This document shows, piece after piece, positions 48,465 to 57,945 of a stretch of 64,000 nucleotides of DNA. The notes beneath the pieces were generated by a model. That model had not been told where the DNA came from. It was given only the letters and a program-made list of their open reading frames with translations, and did not search any database. This DNA comes from Alkalispirochaeta sp. (lineage in GTDB: Bacteria; Spirochaetota; Spirochaetia; DSM-27196; Alkalispirochaetaceae): NCBI GenBank assembly GCA_965242725.1, contig CBDESZ010000004.1, positions 96,001-160,000 of the forward strand, read 5' to 3'. Both the position numbers and the translations under genes were made by a program. How positions within the stretch are numbered: the stretch's first letter is position 1; every line of letters starts with the position of its first letter.

Positions 48465-50564
48465 ATGAACAGACACCTGGCAACGAAAATTCTCATACCG
48501 ACATTGCTTATTATTCTCCTCGGCATGGGTGCCCTCGGTTTTTTCAGTTTTCGAGGTACCCACAATCGCCTGCAACGTGATGTGGTACCCAGTCTCATAC
48601 GCGCCCTGGCGGGGGATTCCAAAGCCTTTGTGGAGGGAGAGATTGCCGCCGCCGTGGAAACGAGCAGACTCCTGGCGAGAGATCCCGCCGTAGAAGCGTG
48701 GTTTCGCGCCGGCGAACCGGAAAACGATTTGCATGAGGTGGTTCTCCAGCGCCTGGACCGGCTTACGACCGATGCCGACTATTTTCACGCCTTTCTCGTG
48801 AGTGCCCAAAACGGTAACTACTGGGCGGAGCGCCGGCAGCTTCTTGACGTGGTCAGCGAGGATGATCCCGAAGACAGCTGGTTCTTTGACGCCATGGAGA
48901 TGCCGGGGGAGTACGTTCTCAATCTCGACTACAACCCCGAGCTCGATGAGACGCTCCTCTTCGTAAACGTTCCGATCGTCCTGGATGGTACACGCGTGGG
49001 TGTCACCGGTGTCGGGCTGGAGTTGTCCGGAGTCGTCCCCACGGAAGCCGCCGTTGCGGGAGGAGACCTCTTTCTTGTTGACGGCGACGGATTCATCCTC
49101 GCCTCCACCCGGGACGGTGCGGAAGGTTCACTCCTCCTTGACTCTGTTTCCGGCCTCGATCTGAAGACGCTGCAAAGCGAGCAGGTTGTACCCGCGGACG
49201 TCTCCGGTCTTGAAGAGGAGGAGGGCACACGGGAGATGTTTATTGCCGGACGACAGGTCCTCGACACATCCTACTATTTTGTCGCCTCGGTTCCCACGTC
49301 CCTCATGGAAGATACGATCCGTCAGATCAGAAATGCAACATTTCTCATCGCCCTCATTGTCGTGGGTGCCGCAGCGGCGATCCTGTGGTTTCTCATCGGT
49401 TTTTCAATTCGGGGTGTCCTTCAGGTTTCACAGCAACTGGAAGAGATCGCCTCGGGAGAAGCGAATCTCACCCGACAAATCGAAACGCAGAGCCGCGATG
49501 AAGTGGGGCTCCTGGCGTCCCGCTTCAACAGTTTTGTCCAGTCACTCGGTGGACTCGTGGACGGGGTGAAGCAGGACACCGTGGATGTATCCAATGAGAA
49601 GGACACAATCGTCGGCAGTGCGACGGAAACCGCCGCGTCGGTGAACGAAATCGCCAGTAATATCGGTTCCGTCGCTCAGTCCGTGGACCGTCTTCATGTC
49701 TCCATTGAAGAGAGCGTGGACAAGGCGGAGCAGATCCGTACGGCGATTTCCGTAATGGATGAGCAGATCAACAATCAGGTAAGCGCCATAGAGGAGACCT
49801 CCGCCTCGGTGGAAGAGATGAACGCCCAGTCCCAGAGCATTCAGAACACCGCCTCCCGCCGCATCCAGGAGGTGCGGGACCTCTCGGCGGCAGTCGGTAA
49901 GAGCGGCGGCGATATAGACAATATCAACGCCACCGTACGGGACCTCGCGTCCCGGGCCGACGAGATGCTGGAGGCGACGGCAGTGATCGACGGTATCGCC
50001 GCCCAGACCAATCTGTTGTCCATGAATGCAGCGATCGAGGCGGCCCACGCCGGTGAGGCGGGGAGGGGTTTTGCCGTCGTCGCCGAGGAGATTCGCAAAC
50101 TTGCGGAAAACTCCGGCGAGAACGCCCGGGTCATTCAGGAAAGCCTCAAGGGCAGTGTTGACCGGATTCACACCCTGAATACCGCGTTCGGCGAAATGGA
50201 ACAGACCTTTGGAGACGTGGCGCGCGGTACCGACGGTACCCGCGCAGCCTTTGAGGAGATTGAGTCAACGGTGACGGAACTGTCTACCGGCATGAGGGAG
50301 GTGACCTCCGCGGTTGTCTCCCTGCGCGACGCCATCGCCGCAATCAACGAGAAATCCCGGGAGGTCAATGGACTGACCGATTCAATAATCGATTCCAATC
50401 GCATGAACAACACCATAGGGTCCGAGGTCCGGGGTGCCGTGCGTGAAATTGAGACGGGTGCCGGTCAGATCAATCAGGCGATGAACGGCCTCAACGACAG
50501 CCTGACTATCCTGGGAGAACGGATCAACGGTATCCGGGAACGAATGGAAATATTCAAGACGTAG
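48465..50564 (+). CDS. Methyl-accepting chemotaxis protein (dCache-HAMP-MA)
   Basis: Two TM segments, DSWFF..LNLD..LFVN Cache motifs, [34 protein letters not shown]. Confidence 0.95.
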   Translation: MNRHLATKILIPTLLIILLGMGALGFFSFRGTHNRLQRDVVPSLIRALAGDSKAFVEGEIAAAVETSRLLARDPAVEAWFRAGEPENDLHEVVLQRLDRLTTDADYFHAFLVSAQNGNYWAERRQLLDVVSEDDPEDSWFFDAMEMPGEYVLNLDYNPELDETLLFVNVPIVLDGTRVGVTGVGLELSGVVPTEAAVAGGDLFLVDGDGFILASTRDGAEGSLLLDSVSGLDLKTLQSEQVVPADVSGLEEEEGTREMFIAGRQVLDTSYYFVASVPTSLMEDTIRQIRNATFLIALIVVGAAAAILWFLIGFSIRGVLQVSQQLEEIASGEANLTRQIETQSRDEVGLLASRFNSFVQSLGGLVDGVKQDTVDVSNEKDTIVGSATETAASVNEIASNIGSVAQSVDRLHVSIEESVDKAEQIRTAISVMDEQINNQVSAIEETSASVEEMNAQSQSIQNTASRRIQEVRDLSAAVGKSGGDIDNINATVRDLASRADEMLEATAVIDGIAAQTNLLSMNAAIEAAHAGEAGRGFAVVAEEIRKLAENSGENARVIQESLKGSVDRIHTLNTAFGEMEQTFGDVARGTDGTRAAFEEIESTVTELSTGMREVTSAVVSLRDAIAAINEKSREVNGLTDSIIDSNRMNNTIGSEVRGAVREIETGAGQINQAMNGLNDSLTILGERINGIRERMEIFKT

Positions 50565-51891
50565 ATTCCGGTCCCGTCGGGTGATCGGCACGGAACCGAC
50601 GGAGACGGTCCGCAAGGACCGGTGCCTGATCATATGAAAAGCGGCTCACACACGCCCGCAGCCCTTCCGGGTGGGCGCTTCCCGTTATGGCAAGACCCAT
50701 TGCGCTGATACCGTAGTAGAGAAGTTCCTTCATCAGGGAGTCCCCGTCCATACCGGGATAGGAAATGGTGAAAAAGAAGCCGTCCGCCACAGCCTGGTCC
50801 CGGTCGTGGTCGTAGACAATGCGAAAGCCGTTGTCGGTGAAGAGCTCTTTCATGATCGCCGCACGACGACCGTACTCTCTGGTGACGGCGACAAAGTTCA
50901 TCTCTCCGTCATTGGCCGCCTTGAGCATCGCCGCCACCGCGTATTGCGCCGAATGTCCCGTCCCGGCGGAAAGGGCGTAAAGCGCCCCGTACACGAGGGC
51001 ACGACCAAAGCGGTCAGTGTTGTAGTAGCGCAGGAGATCGGGATAGCTCCGGTCAAAGAGCGCGTCGGAGACGAGGAGCAGCCCCAAACGTTCACCGGCG
51101 TAACTGAACATCTTTGACGTCGAAATGAGGAGAACCCAGTTGTCGGTATAACGGGCGACCGTCGGCTGGTACGGTGCCGTCCCCGGTCGGGAGTAATCCT
51201 TCCGGAAATCCATTCCCAGGTACGCGAGATCCTCTATGACGGTCACGTCATATCTCGACGCAAGTTCCCCGATGATACGGAGCTCCTCCTCGTCGAGACA
51301 CATCCAGGAAGGGTTGTTGGGGTTGGAATAGAGGATTGAAGAGATGAGCCCCTCCCTGAGATGCCGTTCCAACTCACCCCGCAGACGCTCACCGCGAAAC
51401 TCTGAAATATCGAAGGAATCATACTCATGGCCGAGAATGGTGCATTGCTGCTTCTGGACGGGAAAGCCGGGGTCGAGAAAGAGCGTCCCCTTGCGGGTAC
51501 GGTCGTTCCGGTTTGCGACCATGAAGGTTGCAAAGGCGCCCTGCATCGCGCCTACGACGGGGATGCATCCGGCGGGTTTAATCGAAATGTCGAGAAAGAG
51601 GCGGGCGAACCGGGCCGTTTCCTCCTTCAGCGCGGGAAGTCCGTCTATGACTGGATACTGGGCGCTTACTCCCCGAGAGAGCGCCTCGATCTGTGCCGCC
51701 GGGCCGAGAGCGGGGGAGGATAGGCCGGGTACACCCATTTCCATACGAATGAAGGTTTGTCCCGACTCCGCTTCTATCTGTGAGACGAGCTGAACGATTT
51801 CCCGTATGGAGCTCCTGCCGAGGGGGCCGATGCCGTTGGTTTTGAGGCAGCTGTCCACAACCGTGCGGGTGATCGGTGTTTCATGGTTCAT
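50554..51891 (-). CDS. PLP-dependent aminotransferase class I/II
   Basis: [22 protein letters not shown] and [12 protein letters not shown] motifs. Confidence 0.9.
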   Translation of the reverse strand: MNHETPITRTVVDSCLKTNGIGPLGRSSIREIVQLVSQIEAESGQTFIRMEMGVPGLSSPALGPAAQIEALSRGVSAQYPVIDGLPALKEETARFARLFLDISIKPAGCIPVVGAMQGAFATFMVANRNDRTRKGTLFLDPGFPVQKQQCTILGHEYDSFDISEFRGERLRGELERHLREGLISSILYSNPNNPSWMCLDEEELRIIGELASRYDVTVIEDLAYLGMDFRKDYSRPGTAPYQPTVARYTDNWVLLISTSKMFSYAGERLGLLLVSDALFDRSYPDLLRYYNTDRFGRALVYGALYALSAGTGHSAQYAVAAMLKAANDGEMNFVAVTREYGRRAAIMKELFTDNGFRIVYDHDRDQAVADGFFFTISYPGMDGDSLMKELLYYGISAMGLAITGSAHPEGLRACVSRFSYDQAPVLADRLRRFRADHPTGPESTS

Positions 51892-53989
51892 TGTGCACCT
51901 CCGGGGTGATACGAATGCGTGCATCCACCACCAGGAGACCCGTTTCGGTGGCGATGAGGGGGTTGAGATCGAGCTCCGCTATCTCCGGTACGGCGGTGAC
52001 GAGGCGGGAGAGGGCGGTGAGCGTGCGGGCAAGCTCCTCCTCGTCGGCACCGGCGCGGCCCCGTGCCCCCGCGATCACCGGGTATCCCCGGAGTGAGCGG
52101 ATCATCGTGAGTGCTTCCGTCAAATCGAGGGGGACGAGGCCGGCGGCATAGTCTTTGAGGGTTTCCACAAAGATTCCGCCCAGCCCCGTCATAATGAGAT
52201 GTCCGAAGGCGCCTTCCCTACTGACTCCCGCAAAGAGTTCCAGGCCCGACGCCATCGGCTGAAGGAGAACCGCCGTGGCGTCGGGGATCGCCATGATACG
52301 TCGAAACTCTCGTCGCACCGTTTCTTCACTCGCAACGTTGAGGGCAACTCCTCCGACGTCGCTCTTGTGGAGAGGTCCGACCACCTTCATCACCACCGGA
52401 AATCCAAGCCCTGCGGCTGCCGCGACCGCGCCGTCTTCCGATACGGCGATCTCTTCCGGGACTCTCCGAATTCCCGCTGCGTCCAGGAGCGCCTGCTGCC
52501 GTTCCGGCGGGAGGTATCCTTCCGCAGACTCGCCGTCAGGTGCGTCAAGCCCGGCTATACGACGGAGTTTTTGTACCTCGCCGCCCGCCTGGGTTCCCGT
52601 CGGGGTGGCCACCGGCGCGACGCCCTCCGGGAAAGGACCGAGGGTCCCGTACACCCGACCAAAAGCGCGACCGAAAATGACCTCATCGGGGAATGCCACA
52701 AGGCCCGCTTCCGTAAACTCGGCGATCTCCCGCCCGGCGTTTACCACCGACGGGAGGATCGGATAGATCGGCTTGCCGCCGCGCTGCATCCGGTCGCGGA
52801 GAACCGCATAGGCGTCGTCCACCGGAAAGAGGCCGGGACTGCCGAATATCACAACCACCGCATCGATGTTGTCAAAGTCCCGTTCACAGGCATCGAGAAT
52901 GGCGCCGAGCTGTTCCGCCGTGCCGGTGGCGAGGAAGTCTATGGGGTTGGCGACGGAACTTCCCGGATGGAGCTGCTCCTTCAGACGTTCCGCCGCGGGA
53001 CCCGAGATTGGGGGCACCTCGAGGCCGCCCTCGCTGAGGGTATCCGTGAGCATCACCGCCGGGCCGCCGGCGTGGGTGACGACGGCGATCCTCCCGCCCG
53101 GCAGGGGGGGCAGGCTGAATATTGCGCCGATGGTTGCGAGCTCTTCCCGTCCGTAACACCGTACGATACCGGCCTTGCGGAAGAGGGCGTCCACGGCGAC
53201 GTCGGACCCCGCCATTGCGCCGGTGTGGGAGCTGGCGGCGCGGCTGCCCGCATCGGAAGTGCCCGCCTTGATCGCGGCGATACGACACCCTTTGGTGACG
53301 AGCGAACGAGCGTGGCGCAGCAGTTTTACCGGGCGGGCGATATTTTCGATGTAGAGGAGTTTGGGGTTGGGCACGCCCGGCTCGCCGTCCAGGTACTCCA
53401 GGACCTCCTCGACGCCGATTTGGGCGCTGTTGCCGACGGAGAAGAGACGGGAAAAGTGCAGCCCCTTTGCCGCCGCCGCTTCCATGATGAAGACCGCCGT
53501 CGCGCCGGAGCCGGAAATGAGGTCGCACCCTTCCCGATCCAGGTGGGGAATGGGGGTGGTGAAGACGCCGTTGTAGGACGGAGTGAGGACGCCGATACAG
53601 TTGGGCCCGATCAGCGACGCCCCCGCCTCTTCCACGAGGGCTGCGAGCTCCTGCTCCAACGCGGCGCCCGCTTCACCCTCCTCGCTGAAACCGGCGGAAA
53701 GGACGATAAAGGCGGAGGTCTCCTTCTCGCGGATCAGGATACGCACCGCTTCGACGCACGCCGCCGCGGGAATCGCGAGGATTGCGAGATCGACCGGCGG
53801 GAGATCCGCCACCGTCGCATAGGCGGGAAGACCCTGCACCTCCTCCTCCCGGGGATTTACCGGGTAGATGGGGCCGGAAAATTGTCCCGTAAGGAGGTTG
53901 AAAAGCACCTTGCCGCCGGGCTTCCGGGTGTCTTTGGAGGCGCCGATGACGGCGATCGATTTCGGATTTATGAGCGTCCCGGTGATCAT
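51881..53989 (-). CDS. ADP-forming acyl-CoA synthetase (fused alpha/beta)
   Basis: PKSIAVIGAS, GPNCIG, SHTGAMAG (phospho-His) and ATP-grasp HKSDVGGV, LDLNPL. Confidence 0.93.
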   Translation of the reverse strand: MITGTLINPKSIAVIGASKDTRKPGGKVLFNLLTGQFSGPIYPVNPREEEVQGLPAYATVADLPPVDLAILAIPAAACVEAVRILIREKETSAFIVLSAGFSEEGEAGAALEQELAALVEEAGASLIGPNCIGVLTPSYNGVFTTPIPHLDREGCDLISGSGATAVFIMEAAAAKGLHFSRLFSVGNSAQIGVEEVLEYLDGEPGVPNPKLLYIENIARPVKLLRHARSLVTKGCRIAAIKAGTSDAGSRAASSHTGAMAGSDVAVDALFRKAGIVRCYGREELATIGAIFSLPPLPGGRIAVVTHAGGPAVMLTDTLSEGGLEVPPISGPAAERLKEQLHPGSSVANPIDFLATGTAEQLGAILDACERDFDNIDAVVVIFGSPGLFPVDDAYAVLRDRMQRGGKPIYPILPSVVNAGREIAEFTEAGLVAFPDEVIFGRAFGRVYGTLGPFPEGVAPVATPTGTQAGGEVQKLRRIAGLDAPDGESAEGYLPPERQQALLDAAGIRRVPEEIAVSEDGAVAAAAGLGFPVVMKVVGPLHKSDVGGVALNVASEETVRREFRRIMAIPDATAVLLQPMASGLELFAGVSREGAFGHLIMTGLGGIFVETLKDYAAGLVPLDLTEALTMIRSLRGYPVIAGARGRAGADEEELARTLTALSRLVTAVPEIAELDLNPLIATETGLLVVDARIRITPEVHNEP

Positions 53990-54570
53990 GACACACGACT
54001 CCGGGCGTAGTCCCGTCCCGCCTCGAGGGCGGCGATATTGGCCGCCACCACCTCGTGACCCTTGCGCTCAAAGACGCGTTCCACACCGACGGCGAGGGCT
54101 TCAAAGGGGAGCTCCAGGTACGGTGACGCTGCCCCCGCCATGACCATGTTCATGGCCAGACGATTCTTCAGCTGCCGGGCTATGGCATCGGCATCAACGG
54201 TGAGGCTCCGCGGTAACGCTTCGATTTCGTCTAGAATTTCTGATACCGGAGGGTAGGACGAAATGTTGTCGAAGGGCGTGATGTTGGTCACCAGCCAGCC
54301 CGTGGCGGAGAGGTAGGAGACGTAGCGCAGGCTTTCCAGGGGTTCCACGGAGAGGACGATCTCGGCGCCGCCGAGGGGCACGAGGTCACTGTGGATGGGC
54401 CGGTCGGAGATGCGCATATGGGACTGGACGGCACCGCCGCGCTGGCTCATGCCGTGAACCTCCGCCTGCTTGAGATGGAGACCGCTGTGGAGCGCCGCGT
54501 GGCCGAGGACGGCGGCGATGGAGAGAATGCCTTGTCCGCCGACTCCGGCGAGGATGATGTCGAGTTTCAT
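53986..54570 (-). CDS. iorB: Indolepyruvate:ferredoxin oxidoreductase beta subunit
   Basis: GVGGQG and EVHGMSQRGGAV motifs. Confidence 0.93.
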   Translation of the reverse strand: MKLDIILAGVGGQGILSIAAVLGHAALHSGLHLKQAEVHGMSQRGGAVQSHMRISDRPIHSDLVPLGGAEIVLSVEPLESLRYVSYLSATGWLVTNITPFDNISSYPPVSEILDEIEALPRSLTVDADAIARQLKNRLAMNMVMAGAASPYLELPFEALAVGVERVFERKGHEVVAANIAALEAGRDYARSRVS

Positions 54571-56192
54571 ACGGCGGCCTCCGATCGGGCGCGACGGCTC
54601 CGTCTGATTTTTGTCTGAATACACTCCCGTACGGGAATGATGACCGATATGCCGGGGTATTCCATTTCTCTTTTGATGATTGCCGTGTTTTCGGCGTGTT
54701 TTTTGGGCGACGGGTCAAAGAGAATGACGTGATCAGGGTCGACGCCGCAGCCGATGACCACCTCCCGTATATGGGCCCCTGCAAGGATCGTGTCCTGGCC
54801 GCCGGTCATGCCGGTGGTTCCGTTGTCGAGAATCACCACCGTCATGTTTGTGCCCGCCGATACCGCGTCGATGAGGCCGGGGATTCCCGAATGGAAGAAT
54901 GTGGAATCACCGATGGTGGCGACGACGTTGGGCCGGCCCGCCTCGGCGGCGCCCTTTGCCATGCCGATGGAGGCTCCCATGCAGAGAATCGTTTCCACCG
55001 CATCGTGGGGCGGCAGCGCTCCCAGGGCGTAGCAGCCGATGTCGCTGGTGACGATGCTCTCGGGAAAGGCGGCGCGCGCCTCGGTGAGGGCGTGAAAGGA
55101 GTCGGTGTGGGGGCAGCCGGCGCAGAGCTGGGGCGGCCGCGGGGGAATCGCGGGTGCGGGAAGGGTGGGGCGTGGTGCGAGTCCGAGGACGGGGCGCACG
55201 TTGTCGGGGTTGAGTTCTCCCGCCGCCGGTACCGCACCGTCCATCTTTCCGCTGATTGTCACCGGATCGCCGAGGATAGACCGAAGCTGACGCTCGATGA
55301 AGGGGTATCCTTCTTCTATGAGAATGAGCCGCTCTGCCCCTTCGGCGAGGCGGCGGATCAGCTGTACCGGGACGGGATAGGTGGCGACGTGGAGATGGGA
55401 TGGACGGTGTCCGGTGAGGGCTTCCACGTCCGGGAGGTTTTCCTCGTAGTAGTTGCCGCCGAGGCCGCTGGTGATGACGGCGAAATCTTGGGAGTCGGGG
55501 TTGAGGGAGAGGCGGTTGTAGGGTGCATCCTCGGACCAGGCGGTGAAGGCCGGCTGCTGTTCCAGGAGGCGTGCCCAGTCCTTGCGCGCCATCGCCGGGA
55601 GGGTCATCCACCCCGTCCGGTCTTTTGCCGTGCCGAGATCGCTTTTGGCGAGGGGCGCGGCGCGGCGGATGAGGCCTCTGCTGTGGGAGAGGCGCGTCAC
55701 GAGGCGCACCACCACGGGAACGTGAAAGCGTTCCGAGAGGGTGTAGGCATCCCTGGTCATGTCGTACGCTTCCTGATGGTTCCGCGGCTCCAGACAGATC
55801 GTCCGGGCAAAGTCGGCGAGGTAGCGTGTATCCTGTTCATTCTGGGAGGAGTGCATGCCCGGGTCGTCTGCCACGGCGAGAACGAGTCCGCCGTTGATAT
55901 CCAGGAGGCATGCATTGATAAAGGCATCCATGGCGACGTTGAGACCGACGTGTTTCATCGTCACGAGGCTGCGCTTGCCCGCATAGGAGACGCCGACGCC
56001 CCCTTCCGTCGCGGTTTTTTCGTTGGAGCACCAGCGGACGACGAGCGTGTCGTCATGGGCGTCACGGTAGGACTGAAGGTACTCCAGAATCTCCGTAGAC
56101 GGGGTGCCGGGATAGCCGTAGGCGACGCTGACTCCGGCGTCAATGGCGCCGAGGGCGACGGCGTCGTCTCCGAGTACCAGCATTTCTGCCAT
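54567..56192 (-). CDS. iorA: Indolepyruvate:ferredoxin oxidoreductase alpha subunit
   Basis: YPGTPSTE, MKHVGLNV, SSQNEQD, LCAGCPH, DIGCY and the TPP motif GDSTF..DN. Confidence 0.93.
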   Translation of the reverse strand: MAEMLVLGDDAVALGAIDAGVSVAYGYPGTPSTEILEYLQSYRDAHDDTLVVRWCSNEKTATEGGVGVSYAGKRSLVTMKHVGLNVAMDAFINACLLDINGGLVLAVADDPGMHSSQNEQDTRYLADFARTICLEPRNHQEAYDMTRDAYTLSERFHVPVVVRLVTRLSHSRGLIRRAAPLAKSDLGTAKDRTGWMTLPAMARKDWARLLEQQPAFTAWSEDAPYNRLSLNPDSQDFAVITSGLGGNYYEENLPDVEALTGHRPSHLHVATYPVPVQLIRRLAEGAERLILIEEGYPFIERQLRSILGDPVTISGKMDGAVPAAGELNPDNVRPVLGLAPRPTLPAPAIPPRPPQLCAGCPHTDSFHALTEARAAFPESIVTSDIGCYALGALPPHDAVETILCMGASIGMAKGAAEAGRPNVVATIGDSTFFHSGIPGLIDAVSAGTNMTVVILDNGTTGMTGGQDTILAGAHIREVVIGCGVDPDHVILFDPSPKKHAENTAIIKREMEYPGISVIIPVRECIQTKIRRSRRARSEAAV

Positions 56193-56215
56193 TATGAACC
56201 TCCTGTATATGTCGA

Positions 56216-56246
56216 ATTGTCCGTTGATAATCAGGTGATGTCAACG
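56216..56246 (-). promoter_or_regulatory. iorA promoter with an overlapping inverted repeat
   Basis: Minus strand TTGACA, 17 bp spacer, GACAAT. CGTTGA-N13-TCAACG at 56222-56246. Confidence 0.55.
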
Positions 56247-56342
56247 AAAAACCGTATGTTCGACGGATTATGGCGTGCTATTCCGAACAGGGGTGGGGTG
56301 GTGACAGGGGCGATGCCCCGCACCGAATGCGGGTGGATCTGG

Positions 56343-56371
56343 CGGGATGCGACGGGATGCGACGGGATGCG
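56343..56371. repeat. 10-bp tandem repeat, about 2.9 copies
   Basis: CGGGATGCGA CGGGATGCGA CGGGATGCG. Confidence 0.8.
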
Positions 56372-56382
56372 GGCGGCGCAGC

Positions 56383-56842
56383 TCAGACCGGTATCTGAAG
56401 GGTGTCCTTTATCGTGGAGAGGACAAATATGGTGGTGATATGTCCGATGTTGGGCATTGAGGCGAGGGTGTCGAGGGCGAGACGCTCGTAACTCTTGATG
56501 TCCCGGGTCACTACCTTCAGGAGAAAGTCCTTGTCACCGGCGACGTGGTGACACTCGAGTACTTCCGGTATCGCCTCCACCGCCCGGTTAAACTCCCTGA
56601 CCGCTTGAGCGGAATGGTCTGAAATGGCGATTTCCACAAAGACCGTTATGGGCAGCCCCACCTTTTCCGCGGTCGACGACGGCGGCGTAGCGGGCAATCA
56701 CGCCGCTCTGTTCCATTTTACGCACCCGCTCGAGGGTTGTTGCCGGGGCCAGACCGATCTGTCGTGCCAGCTCCGCGTTTGTGATGGAGCCGTCCTTTTG
56801 TAGCACCTGCAGGATCCGGCGATTGGTCTGGTCCAGTTTCAT
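56383..56842 (-). pseudogene. Lrp/AsnC regulator interrupted by a +1 frameshift (possibly a sequencing error)
   Basis: The HTH half (MKLDQTNRRIL...YAAVVD) and RAM half (EKVGLPITVFV...ECHHVAGDKDF) join if one base near 56666-56672 is removed. The span is 3n+1. Confidence 0.88.
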
Positions 56843-56990
56843 GGTTGTAACGATAGAAGAACTGTTCTCGCAGCGCAAGTGGTCCGTGGATCGGGCGTGA
56901 CGGCATGTACCTGTACGTGCCCGCCGATTTTGTCCGCATGTACTGGAAAATAGTTTGCTTGATCTTTAAAGTGGTTCCAGGAGGATCTTC

Positions 56991-57794
56991 ATGAATTGGA
57001 ACATCTCGAAATTCTTTGTTATCACACTCGTTTTATGCGTTTCCGGGGGAATGGTATTTGCCCAGTCCGGCGGCAGTGTTCCCGAGGGAGGCGAGTTCAC
57101 CTTCACCATCGCACCCCCTCCGGTCGGGTATCCCGTATTTGAACCGGGACAGACGATCCATTCCGTCCGGGGTACCTATCTCGGTATCAGCAATGACGAC
57201 AAAGACTACGACTGGCGTTTTGACGGTGTCATCGGCAGCTACGCCAGGCAGAGTACCTACTCGCCGGTATTTACCTATAATCGGTCTACCGCCGCGGGAG
57301 TTCTCGTCGGTGATGTTCCCGGGGCGGACGTGACGATGGTACCCATCGTCGCAGATTTCACGCCTATTCTGCGTCCATACTACAACGAAAATCTCGATGT
57401 CCTCGCATTCGGTATGCTGGGAACCAACGCGACGATTTCGATCATGGAATTTGATGACTTTGATCTCCAGTCTCAGATGCTGCAGGTCCTCATCGTCCCC
57501 GGCGGCGGTCTGCAGGCCAATATCGGCGTCGGAGATTTCGTGGTCAGTCCTTTTGGTGTGTACCGCTACTCCGTCGGCGGGTATATGGTTGAGTACTCCG
57601 GGGATTTTTATGAACAGAATGACTATCTGGAAAGCGACAGCGACAGCATCGACGGTTACGGATCGCTGATTTTCGGGTTTGACCTGCTCTACAAACCCTA
57701 CAATATCTCCCTCAGCTCCTTTGTACAGCAGGAGGAAGAGGTAACGATCGTAACAATTTCTCTGGGCTTCTCCTTCACCACCGGTGAAGGGTGA
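56991..57794 (+). CDS. Hypothetical exported protein, probable outer-membrane beta-barrel
   Basis: SD AGGAGG, signal peptide (..VFA-Q), amphipathic beta-strand pattern, terminal ISLGFSF. Confidence 0.65.
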   Translation: MNWNISKFFVITLVLCVSGGMVFAQSGGSVPEGGEFTFTIAPPPVGYPVFEPGQTIHSVRGTYLGISNDDKDYDWRFDGVIGSYARQSTYSPVFTYNRSTAAGVLVGDVPGADVTMVPIVADFTPILRPYYNENLDVLAFGMLGTNATISIMEFDDFDLQSQMLQVLIVPGGGLQANIGVGDFVVSPFGVYRYSVGGYMVEYSGDFYEQNDYLESDSDSIDGYGSLIFGFDLLYKPYNISLSSFVQQEEEVTIVTISLGFSFTTGEG

Positions 57795-57795
57795 A

Positions 57796-57824
57796 TTGCA
57801 CACTCCCCGCGACGGGTGTACCAT
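57796..57824 (+). promoter_or_regulatory. Putative hppA promoter
   Basis: TTGCAC, 17 bp spacer, TACCAT. Confidence 0.55.
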
Positions 57825-57945
57825 ATGAATGAGCGGCACGTTTTGCCGGCTCACCATCTGAAAACCCATTGCTCCCGTCGCCGCATGTACGGATCGACAA
57901 CAGCAAGCCGTACCTGTACCGAACGGGAGTCGCAGGGAGGCGTCA

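Noticed and set aside
56343..56371. Tandem repeat as a CRISPR array
   Set aside because: 10-bp head-to-tail units with no spacers and no cas genes.
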